Assembly (NCBI GenBank): GCA_024679065.1
Contig: JAGIQG010000040.1
Span: 5,952,001-6,016,000 of the forward strand
Length of the DNA: 64,000 nt
Direction of reading: 5' to 3'
From: Sphyrna mokarran
Taxonomy: Eukaryota
Part shown: positions 62,641 to 64,000 of the stretch, piece after piece
How the letters are laid out: every line of letters starts with the position of its first letter
How positions within the stretch are numbered: position 1 is the first letter of the stretch
Program-made: the position numbers and the translations under genes
Notes under the pieces: generated by a model
Database searches by the model: none
Told to the model about the DNA's origin: nothing
The model's input: the letters and a program-made list of their open reading frames with translations, nothing else

Positions 62641-63815
62641 ATATATATATATGTATATATATTATACTATAATCAGTTTTTTTTAATTACACCGTCGGTA
62701 TTGAGGGACCTGGATAGGTTGCTGGTGTTCTGAACACTTATAAACTAGAAATTGAAGTTGGCATCCAAATAAAAATTTGTGTCTCAATCATAGAACGGTC
62801 ACAGAATGAAGGAGGCCATTCAGCCTATGTTGACTCTCTGCTAGAACAACTGAGCCTATCCCACTCCTCCACTCTGTCCCTGGAGCCCTGCAAATCTTTT
62901 CCCATCAGTTTCCCATACGATTCCTTTCGGAAAGACAGCGAGGAACACAGAGGAAAGAGGGTTTTGAGGCAGGGAAGGTTTCAGCTGATGTCTTGTCGGC
63001 AGATGCTCTGTCGTGGGTAAATTGATTGCAGCCTCCTCCAGCAAGGATGACAGAGTGAATGGGAGGGACAGAATGTGAGTGAGATGAGATATAAGAAAGG
63101 GAGGCACAGAGAGAGAGAGAGAGAAGGGGGAGAGAGAGGGAGAGAGAGAAGAGAGAGGGAAAAAGATGAAAGCTTCTTGTTGTCAGCAAAAGTGATGGCG
63201 TAACCATCACTGAATTCCCCATTTTTTGTCAACATCCTTCGGGTTACCATTGACCAGAAACTCTACTGGACTCCCAAACATAAACACACCAGCTACAAGA
63301 CCATGTCAGAGGCTGGGAATACTGCTACGAGTAACTCACCGCCTGTTTTGGTGAGGTTCCTGTCAACACTAACAATCAGAATTTTCTGATGACAATCTAC
63401 AAACCAGGCTTACATTCCCCGGACGCCCCTCCCTCCTCCCCAGTCTCCGAAAGTCCGGCCATTCCCCTATCAGGTCACTGACTGTAGCCAGGCTCGGATA
63501 TTTCTCTTTCAATGTCAACCCAAATCACCTCCAACTGGCTTCAGAGATCCAGAGACAGACACGGAAGTGAGATAAGAACACCCCAGGGGGAACAGAACAA
63601 ATTATTAAGAACGGGACTTAGAACGGGTGTCTTCAAAAGCGATTCTGCAATGATCTGTTTGTCGGATTGAATTCTGAAGTTTGTTTTCTCAGTCTCTCCT
63701 GGAAACAATTACATTCGAGGTGAGTTTGGTTTCCATTCGCTGCTCATTGCGGCCGCATCTACTACAATCCTCCACAGACCCCAACACACAACAGCTGCTC
63801 TCTGCAGTGAAAGGA

Positions 63816-63854
63816 GGTTTTTGTACAGGGCTGAGTTTGCTTCATATCACTGTG
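63816..63854 (-). promoter_or_regulatory. Recombination signal sequence, 23-bp spacer (perfect consensus)
   Basis: Minus strand CACAGTG + atatgaagcaaactcagccctgt (23 nt) + ACAAAAACC. Confidence 0.96.
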
Positions 63855-64000
63855 AGGCTGATAGCGCAGTAATACACGGCGACGTCAGTCAGCTTCAGAC
63901 CCGAGATGGTTAAACTGGTGAATTTATTCTCAGTCTGAAGCTCAGCAGAGAAACGGCTTTTGGCAAAATCGGCTTTATCTTCACTGCCTGCCGAATGTTT
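63855..64000 (-). CDS. T-cell receptor alpha/delta V gene segment, 3' part (runs off the window)
   Basis: Minus strand KHSAGSEDKADFAKSRFSAELQTENKFTSLTISGLKLTDVAVYYCAIS, directly followed by the RSS. Confidence 0.9.

Noticed and set aside
1-64000. Prokaryotic systems (CRISPR arrays, operons, retrons)
   Set aside because: The sequence is clearly vertebrate; every RT ORF is a CR1, Rex or Penelope retroelement, and there are no repeat-spacer arrays.

Overview
Vertebrate genomic DNA, most likely from a shark or other elasmobranch (inferred from the CR1, V-SINE and Penelope repeats and the TCR V and GPCR families). The first 3 kb hold three tRNA genes (Glu-CTC, Asn-GTT, intron-containing Ile-TAT), followed by an 81-N gap. 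The rest looks like part of a T-cell receptor alpha/delta V-segment region. It has one complete open V exon (60035-60338, +) and one V cut by the window end (63855-64000, -), both with canonical 23-bp-spacer RSSs, plus two decayed V pseudogenes (about 6.1-6.6 kb and 37.55-37.75 kb) that the ORF track does not show. Between these V segments lie four paralogues of a two-exon class A GPCR of the GPR139/142-like type: three intact and one orphan first exon. Two of them sit in the ~9-kb arms of a large inverted repeat, and two share a ~5-kb direct repeat. Also present are a variant U1 snRNA gene, CTCF-like motifs, nested and tandem CR1 LINEs, Rex/Babar LINE fragments, Penelope-like elements with hammerhead-like cores, a V-SINE and a solo LTR. 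Several junctions (about 17.25-17.46, 49.9-50.05 and 55.0-55.45 kb) are indel-noisy, so part of the large-scale architecture may be an assembly artefact.
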